A DNA stretch of 64,000 bases, taken from assembly GCA_035577965.1 (NCBI GenBank), contig DATJYX010000081.1, positions 11,726 to 75,725 of the forward strand, read 5' to 3'. Below, in pieces: positions 29,237 through 38,876 of the stretch; the stretch's first letter is position 1, and every line of letters begins with the position of its first letter. The notes under the pieces are model-generated. The model saw only the letters and a program-made list of their open reading frames with translations. It had not been told where the DNA came from and did no database searches. This DNA is from Vicinamibacteria bacterium. GTDB lineage: Bacteria; Acidobacteriota; Vicinamibacteria; Fen-336. A program made the position numbers and the translations under genes.

Positions 29237-30577
29237 ATGCCCGCGATCGCCGAGGACCGCGACGCCTACCGGGCGAGCTTCGAGCGCTTCGCCGCCGCTC
29301 ACGCGGCCTCGGACCCGGCCTGGCTCCGGGAGCGGCGCACCGCCGCCATCGCCCGCTTCGTCGAGAAGGGCCTGCCCACGGCCAGGGACGAGGCGTGGCG
29401 CCACACGCCGGTCGCGCCTCTCGCCCGGCCGTGCTTCGAGCCCGCCGACCCCGAAGCCGAGGCGCCGTCGGCCGCCCTCGCCGCCGTGTCGCTCGAAGGC
29501 TTCCCGGGCCCGCGCCTCGTGTTCGTGAACGGGCGCTTCTCGCCCGGCCTCTCGTCGGCGCGCCCCGCCTCCGGCGTCGAGGTGACGAGCCTCCGCGAGC
29601 TCCTGCGGACGGAGCCGGGACGCCTCGAGCCGTGGCTCTCCCGCCTCGCCACCGGCCAGGCCGGGGTGTTCGCCGACCTGAACGCGGCCTTCGCGGAGGA
29701 CGGGGCGGTCGTGATCGTGGCCCCGGGCGCGGCCCCGGAGGACGCCGTCCTCGTCGGCCACGTCGCGGCGCGTAACGGTGCGCCCACGGTCTCGTACCTC
29801 CGCACCCTCGTCGTGGCCGGGGCGGGCAGCCGGTGCCGGGTCGTCGAGGCCTTCGCCTCGCCCGACGGGAGCGCCTCGCTCGTGAACGCGGTGACCGAGG
29901 TCGTGGTCGAGGACGGCGCCCGGGTGGACCACTACAAGCTCCAGCGGGAGGGGGAGGACCAGCTCCACGTCGCCACCCTCGCCGCGCGTCTCGCCCGCGA
30001 CGCCCGATTCTCCGACCACTCGCTCGCCCTCGGGGCCGCCCTCTCCCGCAACGACATCGACGTCCGGTTCGAGGGCGAGGGAGGCGAGTGCACCCTCGAC
30101 GGCCTGTTCGTGCTCGACGGCCGACGGGTCGCCGACACGCACTCCCGCATCGACCACGCGCGGCCGCACTGCTCGAGCCGGGAGCACTACCGCGGGATCG
30201 TGGACGGGCAGGGGCGGGGCATCTTCAACGGGCTCGTGGTCGTGCGTCCGGGGGCCCAGAAGACCGACGCCTACCAGATGAACCAGAACCTCCTGCTCTC
30301 GCGGCAGGCCCTCGTGCACTCGACGCCGCAGCTCGAGATCCTCGCCGACGACGTGAAGTGCAAGCACGGCTCGACCACCGGCCAGCTCGACGCGGCGGCG
30401 CTCTTCTACCTCCGCTCGCGCGGGCTCTCCGAAGGGGCGGCGCGCAGCCTCCTCACCTGGGCCTTCGCGAGCGACCTCGTCCGGAAGATGGAGATCGGGC
30501 CCCTGCGACGGGTCGTGGAGCGGCACCTCCAGGCGCACCTGCCCGACGCCTCCGGCCTCGCGGAGGCCCTCCCGTGA
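29237..30577 (+). CDS. sufD: Fe-S cluster assembly protein SufD
   Basis: LNAAFAEDG, GIFNGLVVV, PQLEILADDVKCKHGSTTGQLD, LFYLRSRG. Confidence 0.93.
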   Translation: MPAIAEDRDAYRASFERFAAAHAASDPAWLRERRTAAIARFVEKGLPTARDEAWRHTPVAPLARPCFEPADPEAEAPSAALAAVSLEGFPGPRLVFVNGRFSPGLSSARPASGVEVTSLRELLRTEPGRLEPWLSRLATGQAGVFADLNAAFAEDGAVVIVAPGAAPEDAVLVGHVAARNGAPTVSYLRTLVVAGAGSRCRVVEAFASPDGSASLVNAVTEVVVEDGARVDHYKLQREGEDQLHVATLAARLARDARFSDHSLALGAALSRNDIDVRFEGEGGECTLDGLFVLDGRRVADTHSRIDHARPHCSSREHYRGIVDGQGRGIFNGLVVVRPGAQKTDAYQMNQNLLLSRQALVHSTPQLEILADDVKCKHGSTTGQLDAAALFYLRSRGLSEGAARSLLTWAFASDLVRKMEIGPLRRVVERHLQAHLPDASGLAEALP

Positions 30578-31818
30578 GCGCGCCCGCGGGGACGAAGGCC
30601 GCCTTCGACGTGGAGGCGATCCGCCGGGAGTTCCCGGTGCTCGAGGAGAAGGTCCACGGCCGGCCGCTCGTCTACCTCGATAGCGCGGCGAGCGCGCAGA
30701 AGCCGCGGGCCGTGATCGACGCCGAGCGGGAGGTCTACGAGCGTGCCTACTCGAACGTCCACCGCGGCGTCCACCACCTCTCGGTGGTCGCGACGGACGC
30801 CTACGAGAAGGCACGGGGGAAGGTCCGGAGGTTCCTCGGCGCCGCGGCGAGCCGGGAGATCGTCTGCCTGCGCGGCACCACGGAAGCGGTGAACCTCGTC
30901 GCCCAGTCGTACGGCCGTAAGCACGTGGGGGCGGGCGACGAGGTGCTCGTCACCGGCCTCGAGCACCACTCGAACATCGTGCCCTGGCAGCTCCTCTGCG
31001 AGGAGAAGGGCGCCTCGCTCAGGGTCGCCCCGATCGACGACGCGGGCGAGGTCGACCTCGTGGCCTTCGAGCGGCTGCTGTCGCCCCGCACCCGGATCGC
31101 CTCCTTCGCCCACGTCTCGAACGCCCTCGGCACGGTGAACCCCGTCCGCCGCATGACCGAGCTCGCTCACGCCGCGGGAGCGGTGGCGATGGTCGACGGC
31201 GCGCAGGCGGCGCCCCACCTCCCCGTGGACGTGCAGGCGATCGGCTGCGACTTCTACGCGTTCTCCGGGCACAAGGTCTACGGACCGTCCGGCGCCGGCG
31301 CCCTCTACGGCAAGGCCGCCCTCCTCGAGGCGATGCCGCCCTGGCAGGGCGGGGGGGACATGATCGCCTCCGTGACCTTCGAGAAGTCCACCTGGAACGA
31401 GCTGCCCTACAAGTTCGAGGCGGGCACGCCGAACATCGCGGGGGCGATCGCCCTCGGGGCGGCGATCGACTGGGTGGGGAGAGTCGGGCTCGGCGCCATC
31501 GCCGCCCACGAGCACGAGCTGCTCCTTTACGGAACGGGGCTCCTCGAGGACCTCCCCGGCCTGCGGCTCGTCGGCAGCGCGCGCGAAAAGGCGGGTGTCC
31601 TCTCCTTCGTCCTCGACGGCGTCCACCCCCACGACGTGGGGACGGTGCTCGACCACGAAGGCATCGCGGTGCGGACGGGCCACCACTGCGCGCAGCCGGT
31701 GATGGACCGCTTCGGCATCCCGGCCACGACGCGCGCCTCCCTCGCCTGCTTCAATACCCGCGAGGAGCTGGACGCGCTCGTCCGCGGCCTCCGCAAGGTC
31801 CAGGAGATGTTCCGATGA
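30574..31818 (+). CDS. sufS: Cysteine desulfurase SufS
   Basis: YLDSAASAQKP, NVHRG, EHHSNIVPW, FSGHKVYGP, FEAGTPN, RTGHHCAQP. Confidence 0.96.
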   Translation: MSAPAGTKAAFDVEAIRREFPVLEEKVHGRPLVYLDSAASAQKPRAVIDAEREVYERAYSNVHRGVHHLSVVATDAYEKARGKVRRFLGAAASREIVCLRGTTEAVNLVAQSYGRKHVGAGDEVLVTGLEHHSNIVPWQLLCEEKGASLRVAPIDDAGEVDLVAFERLLSPRTRIASFAHVSNALGTVNPVRRMTELAHAAGAVAMVDGAQAAPHLPVDVQAIGCDFYAFSGHKVYGPSGAGALYGKAALLEAMPPWQGGGDMIASVTFEKSTWNELPYKFEAGTPNIAGAIALGAAIDWVGRVGLGAIAAHEHELLLYGTGLLEDLPGLRLVGSAREKAGVLSFVLDGVHPHDVGTVLDHEGIAVRTGHHCAQPVMDRFGIPATTRASLACFNTREELDALVRGLRKVQEMFR

Positions 31819-31850
31819 CGGTCGCTTGCCGCGGCCGGGGCCGGTGAGAC

Positions 31851-32303
31851 ATGGACGACCTGCGCGAGCTCTACCAGGAGACGATCCTCGACCACTCGAA
31901 GCGCCCGCGGAACTTCCACCCCCTGGCGGGGGCGAACCGCAGCGCGAACGGCCACAACCCGCTCTGCGGCGACCGCACGACCGTCTACCTGCACGTCGCG
32001 GACGACGTCGTGCGCGACGTGAGCTTCCAGGGCGCGGGTTGCTCGATCTCGACCGCCTCCGCCTCGATGATGACCGACGCCCTCAAGGGGAAGACGGTGG
32101 CCGAGGCGAAGGCGCTCTTCGAGCGGTTCCACGAGCTCGTGACCGCCGACCCCGCGAAGGCGGTCTCCGCCCCGGCCGAGCTCGGCAAGCTCGCGGTGTT
32201 CGCCGGGGTCCACGAGTTCCCGATCCGGGTGAAGTGCGCGTCGCTTCCCTGGCACACGATGAAGGCCGCCCTCGAGGGCGGGGACCGGGCCACGACGGAG
32301 TAG
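31851..32303 (+). CDS. sufU: SUF system NifU/IscU-like protein SufU
   Basis: LYQE.ILDH, NPLCGD, GCSISTAS, RVKCASLPWH. Confidence 0.93.
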   Translation: MDDLRELYQETILDHSKRPRNFHPLAGANRSANGHNPLCGDRTTVYLHVADDVVRDVSFQGAGCSISTASASMMTDALKGKTVAEAKALFERFHELVTADPAKAVSAPAELGKLAVFAGVHEFPIRVKCASLPWHTMKAALEGGDRATTE

Positions 32304-32307
32304 CGGC

Positions 32308-32853
32308 ATGGTGATGGGCGAGGCGCGGGCCCTCTCCCGCGACGTCGAGGTGGCGGCGATCCCGTACGGGGACCGCATCACCCTCGCCGCGGGCACGACC
32401 GTCTTCATCACCCAGGCCCTCGGCGGCTCCTACACCGCCATGACCGACCACGGCTACCTCGTGCGCATCGAGGGCAAGGACGCGGACGCGATCGGCGAGC
32501 AGCCCGTGCTGCCGATGACCGCCGAGGACGCGAAGGGCCGCAGCACGCGGGAGCTGGCCTGGGAGCAGCTCAAGACGTGCTTCGACCCGGAGATCCCGGT
32601 CAACATCGTGGACCTCGGCCTCGTCTACCGGTGCGAGGTGGCGCCCCTCGACGGGGACGGTGAGAAGGTGCTCGTGGAGTTCACCCTCACCGCACCCGGG
32701 TGCGGCATGGGCGACTTCCTGCGCCAGGACGTGCGGCACAAGCTCCTCGCGATCCCGGGGGTGAAGGAGGCGGACGTGCAGGTGGTTCTCGACCCGCCGT
32801 GGGACCAGAGCATGATGTCGGACTCGGCTCGCCTCCAGCTGGGGCTGATGTAG
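32308..32853 (+). CDS. sufT: Fe-S assembly protein SufT (DUF59 with N-terminal extension)
   Basis: TQALGGSYT; DPEIPVNIVDLGLVY; TLTAPGCGMG; PPW...MMSD.ARLQLG. Confidence 0.88.
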   Translation: MVMGEARALSRDVEVAAIPYGDRITLAAGTTVFITQALGGSYTAMTDHGYLVRIEGKDADAIGEQPVLPMTAEDAKGRSTRELAWEQLKTCFDPEIPVNIVDLGLVYRCEVAPLDGDGEKVLVEFTLTAPGCGMGDFLRQDVRHKLLAIPGVKEADVQVVLDPPWDQSMMSDSARLQLGLM

Positions 32854-32855
32854 CC

Positions 32856-33335
32856 ATGAAGCTCAGCTCGCAGGAGGAGTACGGGCTCCGCTGCCTGCTC
32901 CAGCTCGCCCGCGCGGGCGTCGGAGCGAGCCTGACGATCGCCGAGATGAGCGAGCGGGAGGGGATCTCCGCTCCGAACGTGGCCAAGATCATGCGCATCC
33001 TGCGGCGGGGCGGCCTGGTGAGGAGCACCCGGGGCAAGGCGGGCGGCTACGCCCTCGCCCGCCCGGCCGCCGAGGTGCGCGCCCTCGACGCGCTCTCCGC
33101 CCTCGGCGGGCGCCTCTTCGACACCGACTTCTGCGACCGCCACGCCGGCCTGGAGCGGCACTGCCTCAACACGCGCGACTGCTCGATCCGCCCCGTGCTG
33201 CGCGGCCTGCAGCAGGCGGTGGACCACGTGCTGGGCGAGCTGACCCTGGCCAGCCTCCTGCCGAGCGAGGACGAGGTCACGGTCACCCTCCGCCCGAAGT
33301 CGGTCAAGCTGCCCATCGCTCGACGGGCGAGCTGA
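32856..33335 (+). CDS. Rrf2-family transcriptional regulator with three Cys (IscR/SufR-like)
   Basis: EYGLRCLL, S.RG..GGY.LARP, C-x9-C-x5-C. Confidence 0.9.
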   Translation: MKLSSQEEYGLRCLLQLARAGVGASLTIAEMSEREGISAPNVAKIMRILRRGGLVRSTRGKAGGYALARPAAEVRALDALSALGGRLFDTDFCDRHAGLERHCLNTRDCSIRPVLRGLQQAVDHVLGELTLASLLPSEDEVTVTLRPKSVKLPIARRAS

Positions 33336-33386
33336 TCCTCCCGCGGGCTGCGGGAGGCGGGCTTCGATGGTCGCGGGAGGGGGACG

Positions 33387-33479
33387 ATGACACCAGGGCA
33401 AGCGGTCGCACTTCGAGGTCTCAGTCCCCTCGGGAAGAGCCTGCTGCACGAGCGGAAGGTCCCCTCGTCGAGGAACTGA
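33387..33479 (+). CDS. Possible 30-aa small ORF
   Basis: GGAGGGGG SD 4-5 nt before the ATG; MTPGQAVALRGLSPLGKSLLHERKVPSSRN; no homology recognised. Confidence 0.25.
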   Translation: MTPGQAVALRGLSPLGKSLLHERKVPSSRN

Positions 33480-33496
33480 CCCGGAGGGAGGACGTC

Positions 33497-33850
33497 ACGG
33501 CGAAGAGGCCCCGTACGATCGACGACTACCTCGCCGGGCTCGATGAGGAGACCCGCGGCGCGCTCCAGAGGGTGCGCAGAGCCATCCACGCCGCGGCGCC
33601 CGAGGCGGAGGAGTGCATCAGCTACGGGATGCCCGCGTTCCGCCTGAACGGCAGGTGCATCGCCGGCTTCCGGGCGGCCAGGGAGCACTGCTCCTTCCAC
33701 CCCATGAGCGGCGCCACGGTCGCGACACTCGCCGACGAGCTCGTCGACTACGACACGAGCCCGGGGACGATTCGGTTCCCCCCCCGCGCGCCCCTGCCGG
33801 CGGCTCTCGTTCGCAGGCTGGTGAAGGCGAGGATCGCGGAGCTCGAGTAG
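33497..33850 (+). CDS. DUF1801 (YdhG-like) protein, apparent ACG start
   Basis: (T)AKRPRTIDDYLAGL...AAPEAEECISYGMPAF...HCSFHP...GTIRFP...LP..LV..LVKARIAE; GGAGG SD 5 nt before the ACG. Confidence 0.8.
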   Translation, partial: TAKRPRTIDDYLAGLDEETRGALQRVRRAIHAAAPEAEECISYGMPAFRLNGRCIAGFRAAREHCSFHPMSGATVATLADELVDYDTSPGTIRFPPRAPLPAALVRRLVKARIAELE

Positions 33851-33987
33851 GGCCCGCGTCGAGCCGAAGAGGGCGATCGGAATGAGCGCGGCTCGCCGCC
33901 GCCGCCGCGAGCTCACGCGGGTGTCGGCGGATCCCGAGAGAGGCAGCAGAAGGAGGCCGACGTGAGGACGTCAGGACGGAGGACGCG

Positions 33988-34560
33988 CTACGGGTCGCGG
34001 GCCGTCGCTCCGCACATGAACTCCTCGGCCCCCTTCGGATCGGGCCATGGCGGAATCTGCTCCAGACGGAGCGGCTTGCCGGCCAGAAGATCCTCGATCA
34101 CCTCGCCCGTCAGCGCCTCCGGCCCGATCACGCTCGCGACCCGCGAGTCGTGGCCCAGGAGCGCGATCCGAGGCAGGCCCCAGGCCTGGTAGGCCCGGAA
34201 CGTCCGGCAGCCGTTGTCGAGGGCGACCGTCGTCCGCAAGGGGAACTTCTCGAGGACCGGCCTGACGATCGCCGCCGCCTCGTGAGTGACGGAGACGAAC
34301 CGGACGGCTCTGCCCTTGAACTGCTCGACCAGGGCGTTCATGTGCGGAAAGGACTGCAGGCAGGGTGCGCACCACGTGGCCCAGAAGTCGAGGACGACCA
34401 CCCCCCCCTTCAGAGAATCGAGCGTCAGGCCGTGCGACGGCTCGTCCAGCAGGCTCGCGTCGATCGCGGGAGCGGCATCACCCGGGCGAAGGGGTGGCGC
34501 CGCGGACGAGCCCTGGGCCAAGCCGGAGAGGAGAGCCATGAAGACGACGAGGCCGACCAT
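33988..34560 (-). CDS. TlpA-family disulfide reductase/redoxin
   Basis: Signal peptide; LDFWATWCAPC; WGLP. Confidence 0.85.
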   Translation of the reverse strand: MVGLVVFMALLSGLAQGSSAAPPLRPGDAAPAIDASLLDEPSHGLTLDSLKGGVVVLDFWATWCAPCLQSFPHMNALVEQFKGRAVRFVSVTHEAAAIVRPVLEKFPLRTTVALDNGCRTFRAYQAWGLPRIALLGHDSRVASVIGPEALTGEVIEDLLAGKPLRLEQIPPWPDPKGAEEFMCGATARDP

Positions 34561-34675
34561 GCTGTCTCCTGACCTCTGAGACGAGGCTCGGTGCCGACGA
34601 CCTCTTCTGGCCGGAAGCAGTGCGGAGCATACTATTCCACTCGAGAAGAAGGGAAGCAAGACGAGGAGGAGACCG

Positions 34676-35155
34676 ATGCGAGACGCGATCCTGGTGACGA
34701 CCGCGGCCCTGGCCCTCGTGACCGGCGGGCTCCAGGCCGATCCCCCCAACCTGCGTCCGGACGTCGGGCCGGGCCGGGTCGCCTGGTTCGACATCACGAC
34801 CACCAATCTGTCCCAGTCCAAGGAGTTCTACGGCAAGCTCCTCGCTTGGGAATTCACCCCGGTGAGGGGGACCGATCTGGCGGTTCAGATCGTCGCGCAG
34901 GGTGCGGAGATCGGGTCGCTGCGCGTCGCCGAGGGCAAGCTCAGCCCGTTCAATGGAGTGATCTACGTCCAGGTGAGCGACCTCCAGGCGAGCTGCAGGA
35001 AGTCGAAGGAGCTCGGGGGGACCATCGTACCCGGGTTCCCCTTCGACCTGCCCGACGGCAGAGGAGCGATCGCCCTCGTTCTCGATCCCGCCGGCCACCC
35101 CGTGGGCCTGTACTCGAGGACGCCCCTCCCGTCGGCGGCGCCCGCAGCCAGGTGA
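34676..35155 (+). CDS. VOC (glyoxalase/bleomycin resistance) family protein
   Basis: AWFDI, FYG.LL.W, IYVQV.DL, A...DP.G..VGL; signal-like N-terminus; GGAGGAG SD. Confidence 0.85.
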   Translation: MRDAILVTTAALALVTGGLQADPPNLRPDVGPGRVAWFDITTTNLSQSKEFYGKLLAWEFTPVRGTDLAVQIVAQGAEIGSLRVAEGKLSPFNGVIYVQVSDLQASCRKSKELGGTIVPGFPFDLPDGRGAIALVLDPAGHPVGLYSRTPLPSAAPAAR

Positions 35156-35192
35156 CGCCTCGAACGACGCAGAGGCCGAGGCCGGGATCAGG

Positions 35193-36005
35193 ATGATCCC
35201 GAAGCCCGCGCACCTCGGCCCTCGCTACGCCGCGCAGTTCGAGGACGAGTCGGTGGCCCGCGCGTATCACACCCGACCCCCGTACCCGGACGCGCTGTTC
35301 GACATCCTGGAGGGCCTCATGCCTCCGGGACCGAGGACCGTGCTCGATCTGGGTTGCGGGACGGGTGATCTGGCCGTGGGCTTCGTCGGACGCGCGGAGC
35401 GCATCGACGCGGTGGACCCCTCGCGCGCCATGCTGCAGGTCGCGCGATACCGGCACCCGTCGGGCCGCCTGGGTCTCCATTGGGTCGAGTCCACCGCCGA
35501 GGCCTACCGGCCCGATCGGCGCTATTCCGTGATCGTGGCCGCCGAGAGCCTGCACTGGATGGAATGGCAGGATGTCCTCTCGTGGATCCCGCGGGCTCTC
35601 GCGCCGGAGGCAGCGCTCGCCCTCGTGTCGGGTCGGGAGCTCGGCCCTCTGCCCTGGTCCCGCGAGCTGAGCGAGCTCCTGCCGGCGTTCTCGACGAATC
35701 GGGAGTACCGTCCCTACGATCTGGTCGAAGAGCTGGAGGCGAGGAGCCTGTTCTGCGAGCGCGGACGAGCGTCGACGGCGCCCGTCGCCTGTGCTCAGCC
35801 GGTCGACGACTACGTCGAGTCCTTCCACACGAGGAACGGCTTCTCGCGGGAGCGGATGGCCGCCTCCGCAGCGGAGGCCTTCGACGACGCGCTGAGGCGA
35901 CTCGTCGCGCCCCACTGTCCCGACGGCTGGATCCGGTCGGAGACGGCGGCGACCGTCGTCTGGGGCCTTCCGCGAGAACGCACGATGAGAGGAGGGTGCA
36001 CGTGA
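35193..36005 (+). CDS. Class I SAM-dependent methyltransferase
   Basis: RPPYP, VLDLGCGTG, VDPS..ML, ESLHWM. Confidence 0.88.
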   Translation: MIPKPAHLGPRYAAQFEDESVARAYHTRPPYPDALFDILEGLMPPGPRTVLDLGCGTGDLAVGFVGRAERIDAVDPSRAMLQVARYRHPSGRLGLHWVESTAEAYRPDRRYSVIVAAESLHWMEWQDVLSWIPRALAPEAALALVSGRELGPLPWSRELSELLPAFSTNREYRPYDLVEELEARSLFCERGRASTAPVACAQPVDDYVESFHTRNGFSRERMAASAAEAFDDALRRLVAPHCPDGWIRSETAATVVWGLPRERTMRGGCT

Positions 36006-36703
36006 CCTCGATCCGCAGGAAGGCCAGGGTCGCCGGGCTTCTCTATCTCCTGCTCACGATCGCCGCCCCCTTCCGCCTCCTCTACATCCCCGGCGTCCTG
36101 TTCGTGCGCGGGAACGCGACCGCGACCGCCCAGAAGATCGCCGCTCACGAGACCCTCTTCCGCCTCGGCATCGTCGGCGATCTCTTCTGCGGAGTGATCG
36201 TGGTCTTCCTCACGCTCGCTCTCTACCGCCTGTTCGAGGGAGTGGACCGGACCCAGGCCGTGCTGATGGTGATCCTGGGCGGGCTCCTGCCGGCCGCCAT
36301 CGACTTCGTCAACGTCGTGAACGACGCGGCCGCCCTCGTTCTCGTGCGGGGGGCCGCCTTCCTGTCCGTCTTCGAGAAGCCCCAGCGCGACGCCCTGGCC
36401 GTGCTGTTCCTCACGCTGCACCGCCAGGAGATCGTCGCCGCGGAGATCCTCTGGGGGCTGTGGCTCTTCCCGCTGGCCATCCTCGTGATCCGGTCGGGCT
36501 TCCTCCCCCGCTTCCTCGGCGTGTGGCTCGTCGCCAACGGCTTCGCCTACGTGGCCATGAGCCTCACGGGCCTGCTCCTGCCACAATACGAGGAGCGGGT
36601 CTCGAACCTCGCCTTCCCCGCCCTCCTCGGGGAGATCGCAGTCATGCTCTGGCTGCTGATCGTGGGCGCGAGGGCTCGCGCGGAGAGCGAGTCGGCCGCC
36701 TGA
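36002..36703 (+). CDS. DUF4386 family membrane protein
   Basis: ARVAGLLYL, ATAQKI.AHETLFRLG, FWG-like LWGLWLFPL, SGFLPR.LG; GTGA coupling. Confidence 0.82.
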   Translation: MTSIRRKARVAGLLYLLLTIAAPFRLLYIPGVLFVRGNATATAQKIAAHETLFRLGIVGDLFCGVIVVFLTLALYRLFEGVDRTQAVLMVILGGLLPAAIDFVNVVNDAAALVLVRGAAFLSVFEKPQRDALAVLFLTLHRQEIVAAEILWGLWLFPLAILVIRSGFLPRFLGVWLVANGFAYVAMSLTGLLLPQYEERVSNLAFPALLGEIAVMLWLLIVGARARAESESAA

Positions 36704-36750
36704 TCGGCGGCGCGGTGCGGGTCGGGACTTCCGGGAAGGGAGCGAGCGAG

Positions 36751-37800
36751 GTGCGTTTCGAGACCTTGGCCGTGCACGCGGCGGGCGATCCCGATCCCCA
36801 CAGTCGCGCCCTGGCGCCCGCGATCCACCCGTCGACCACCTTCGAGCGCGCGGCCGACGGGTCGTTTCCCTCCGGCTTCACCTACGTCCGCGACGGCAAC
36901 CCGAACCGCCGGTCCCTGGAGACGGCGATCTCGTCGCTCGAAGGCGGCGAGGCGGCGGTCGCCTTCGCCTCGGGGATGGCGGCCACGATGGCGGTCTTCC
37001 AGTGCCTCGACCCCGGTGACCACGTCGTCGTCCCCCTCGACGCCTACTTCGGCACCTCGACGCTGCTCCGTGAGCACTTCTCCCGGTGGGGTCTCGCGGT
37101 GTCCTTCGTCGACATGACGGACGTCCCGGCGGTGCAGGCGGCCGTTCGTCCGCGGACCCGGCTGATCTGGACCGAGACCCCCTCGAACCCGACGATCGCC
37201 GTCACGGACCTCGGAGCGGTGGCCGCGGTAGCGAGGACGGCCGGCGCGCTCCTGGCGTGCGACAACACCTGGGCGACTCCCTTCCTGCAGAGGCCCCTGG
37301 CGCTCGGCGCCGACCTCGTGATGCACTCGACCACGAAGTACCTCTCCAGCCACTGCGACGCCATGGGCGGGGTCGTGGTGACCCGGCAAGCCGACCGCGT
37401 GAGCGAGCGCCTCCGGTCGATGCAGGCGACGGGCGGCGCGGTCCCCTCGCCGTTCGACTCGTGGCTGGTCCTGAGGGGCATTCGGACCCTGCCCTGGCGC
37501 ATGCGCGCCCACTGCGGCAACGCCGCCGCCGTCGGCGCGTTCCTGTCGGAGCACCCCCGCGTGGCGCGGGTCCACTACCCGGGCCTCGAGAGCGATCCGG
37601 GCCACACGGTGGCGGCGAAGCACCGCCTCTTCACCCGCGCCACGAGCCTCGGCGGTCCCGAGAGCCTCGTCGAGCACCGCGCCTCGATCGAGGGCCCCGA
37701 GACGCGGGCGCCCGAGGGCCTGCTCCGGCTGTCGATCGGGCTCGAGCACCACGAGGACCTGATCGCCGATCTACGCCAGGCGCTCGGCGACCGGGCGTGA
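36751..37800 (+). CDS. Cystathionine gamma-synthase/lyase family PLP enzyme with apparent internal in-frame deletion
   Basis: YVRDGNPN, AFASGMAA, ETPSNP, DNTWATP, HSTTKY, SLGG.ESL, LRLSIGLE; the segment between VAAK and RLF that family members carry is missing. Confidence 0.85.
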   Translation: MRFETLAVHAAGDPDPHSRALAPAIHPSTTFERAADGSFPSGFTYVRDGNPNRRSLETAISSLEGGEAAVAFASGMAATMAVFQCLDPGDHVVVPLDAYFGTSTLLREHFSRWGLAVSFVDMTDVPAVQAAVRPRTRLIWTETPSNPTIAVTDLGAVAAVARTAGALLACDNTWATPFLQRPLALGADLVMHSTTKYLSSHCDAMGGVVVTRQADRVSERLRSMQATGGAVPSPFDSWLVLRGIRTLPWRMRAHCGNAAAVGAFLSEHPRVARVHYPGLESDPGHTVAAKHRLFTRATSLGGPESLVEHRASIEGPETRAPEGLLRLSIGLEHHEDLIADLRQALGDRA

Positions 37801-37820
37801 CGGATAGAGTCGCCGGCCGT

Positions 37821-38852
37821 ATGGCCAGGGACATCCGCGTCGCGCTCGTCGGGTTCGGGAACGTGGGCCGCCGGTTCGCCGAGCGCCTTCGGGGAGAGTA
37901 CGCGCGGGTCCTGAGGGCGGAAGGCGTCCGGGTCCGCGTGACCGGCATCGCCACCGCGCACCACGGGCTCGCGGTCGACGGGCGTGGGATCGACCTCGCC
38001 CGGGCCCTGCGCCTCGCGGCGAGGGGGCGGTCGCTCGCAGCCCTCGACCGGGGCCCTCGCGTCGCGGACGTGCGGGCCTTCGTGGCGCGGGTGCCGGCGG
38101 ACGTCCTCGTCGAGACGACGCCGCTCGACCCCCGGAGCGGCCAGCCCGCGATCGACCACGTGCGGCGGGCCCTCGCCCGCGGCCTGCACGTCGTCACCGC
38201 GAACAAGGGGCCGGTCGCCTTCGGCCTCCGCAGGCTGAAGGCCCTCGCCGAGCGCAGGGGGCGGCTCTTCCTCCACGAGGGCGCGGTCATGGACGGCACG
38301 CCCGTCTTCAACCTCGCCGAGCGCTGCCTGCGCGGTGCGCGCGTCGACGGGTTCCGGGGCACGCTCAACTCCACGACCAACCTCGTCCTGTCGCGCATGG
38401 AGGAGGGGCTCACGGCGAGCGCGGCGGTCAGGGAGGCGCAGGCCCTCGGCATCGCGGAGGCCGACCCGCGCCACGACCTCGAGGGGTGGGACGCGGCGGT
38501 GAAGGGCTGCGCGATCGCGAACGGCCTGATGGGCGCCTCGGTGCGGCCGGCGCAGGTGCGGCGGCGGGGGATCACCGGCCTGACCGGGCTCGACGTGCGG
38601 CGCGCGGCGCGGGCGGGGACGCGGCTGCGCCTGGTGGTGCGGGGCGTCCGGCAGGGGAGGAAGGTCCGGGTCAGCGTGCGGCCCGAGCGCGTGCCCTTCG
38701 GCGACCCGCTGTCGGGCTCCGGGCCCGACGCCGCGCTCGTGCTCGAGACGGACCTCCTGGGCGAGATCGGGGTATTCGAGCGTGGCGCGAGCCTCGACCA
38801 GACGGCCTACGCTCTCCTCTCGGACCTCGTCGAGATCGTCCGCCGCCGCTGA
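37821..38852 (+). CDS. hom: Homoserine dehydrogenase
   Basis: GFGNVG, HVVTANKGP, EGAVMDGTP, GTLNSTTN, GIAEADP..DLEGWDAAVK; alternative GTG at 37797 overlaps the upstream stop. Confidence 0.88.
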   Translation: MARDIRVALVGFGNVGRRFAERLRGEYARVLRAEGVRVRVTGIATAHHGLAVDGRGIDLARALRLAARGRSLAALDRGPRVADVRAFVARVPADVLVETTPLDPRSGQPAIDHVRRALARGLHVVTANKGPVAFGLRRLKALAERRGRLFLHEGAVMDGTPVFNLAERCLRGARVDGFRGTLNSTTNLVLSRMEEGLTASAAVREAQALGIAEADPRHDLEGWDAAVKGCAIANGLMGASVRPAQVRRRGITGLTGLDVRRAARAGTRLRLVVRGVRQGRKVRVSVRPERVPFGDPLSGSGPDAALVLETDLLGEIGVFERGASLDQTAYALLSDLVEIVRRR

Positions 38853-38876
38853 ACGCCGCCGGGCGACCCCGCGCCG

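Noticed and set aside
33962-34192. ORF with strong AAGGAGG SD
   Set aside because: It runs antisense into the TlpA gene and the product has no protein-like features; at most a remnant.
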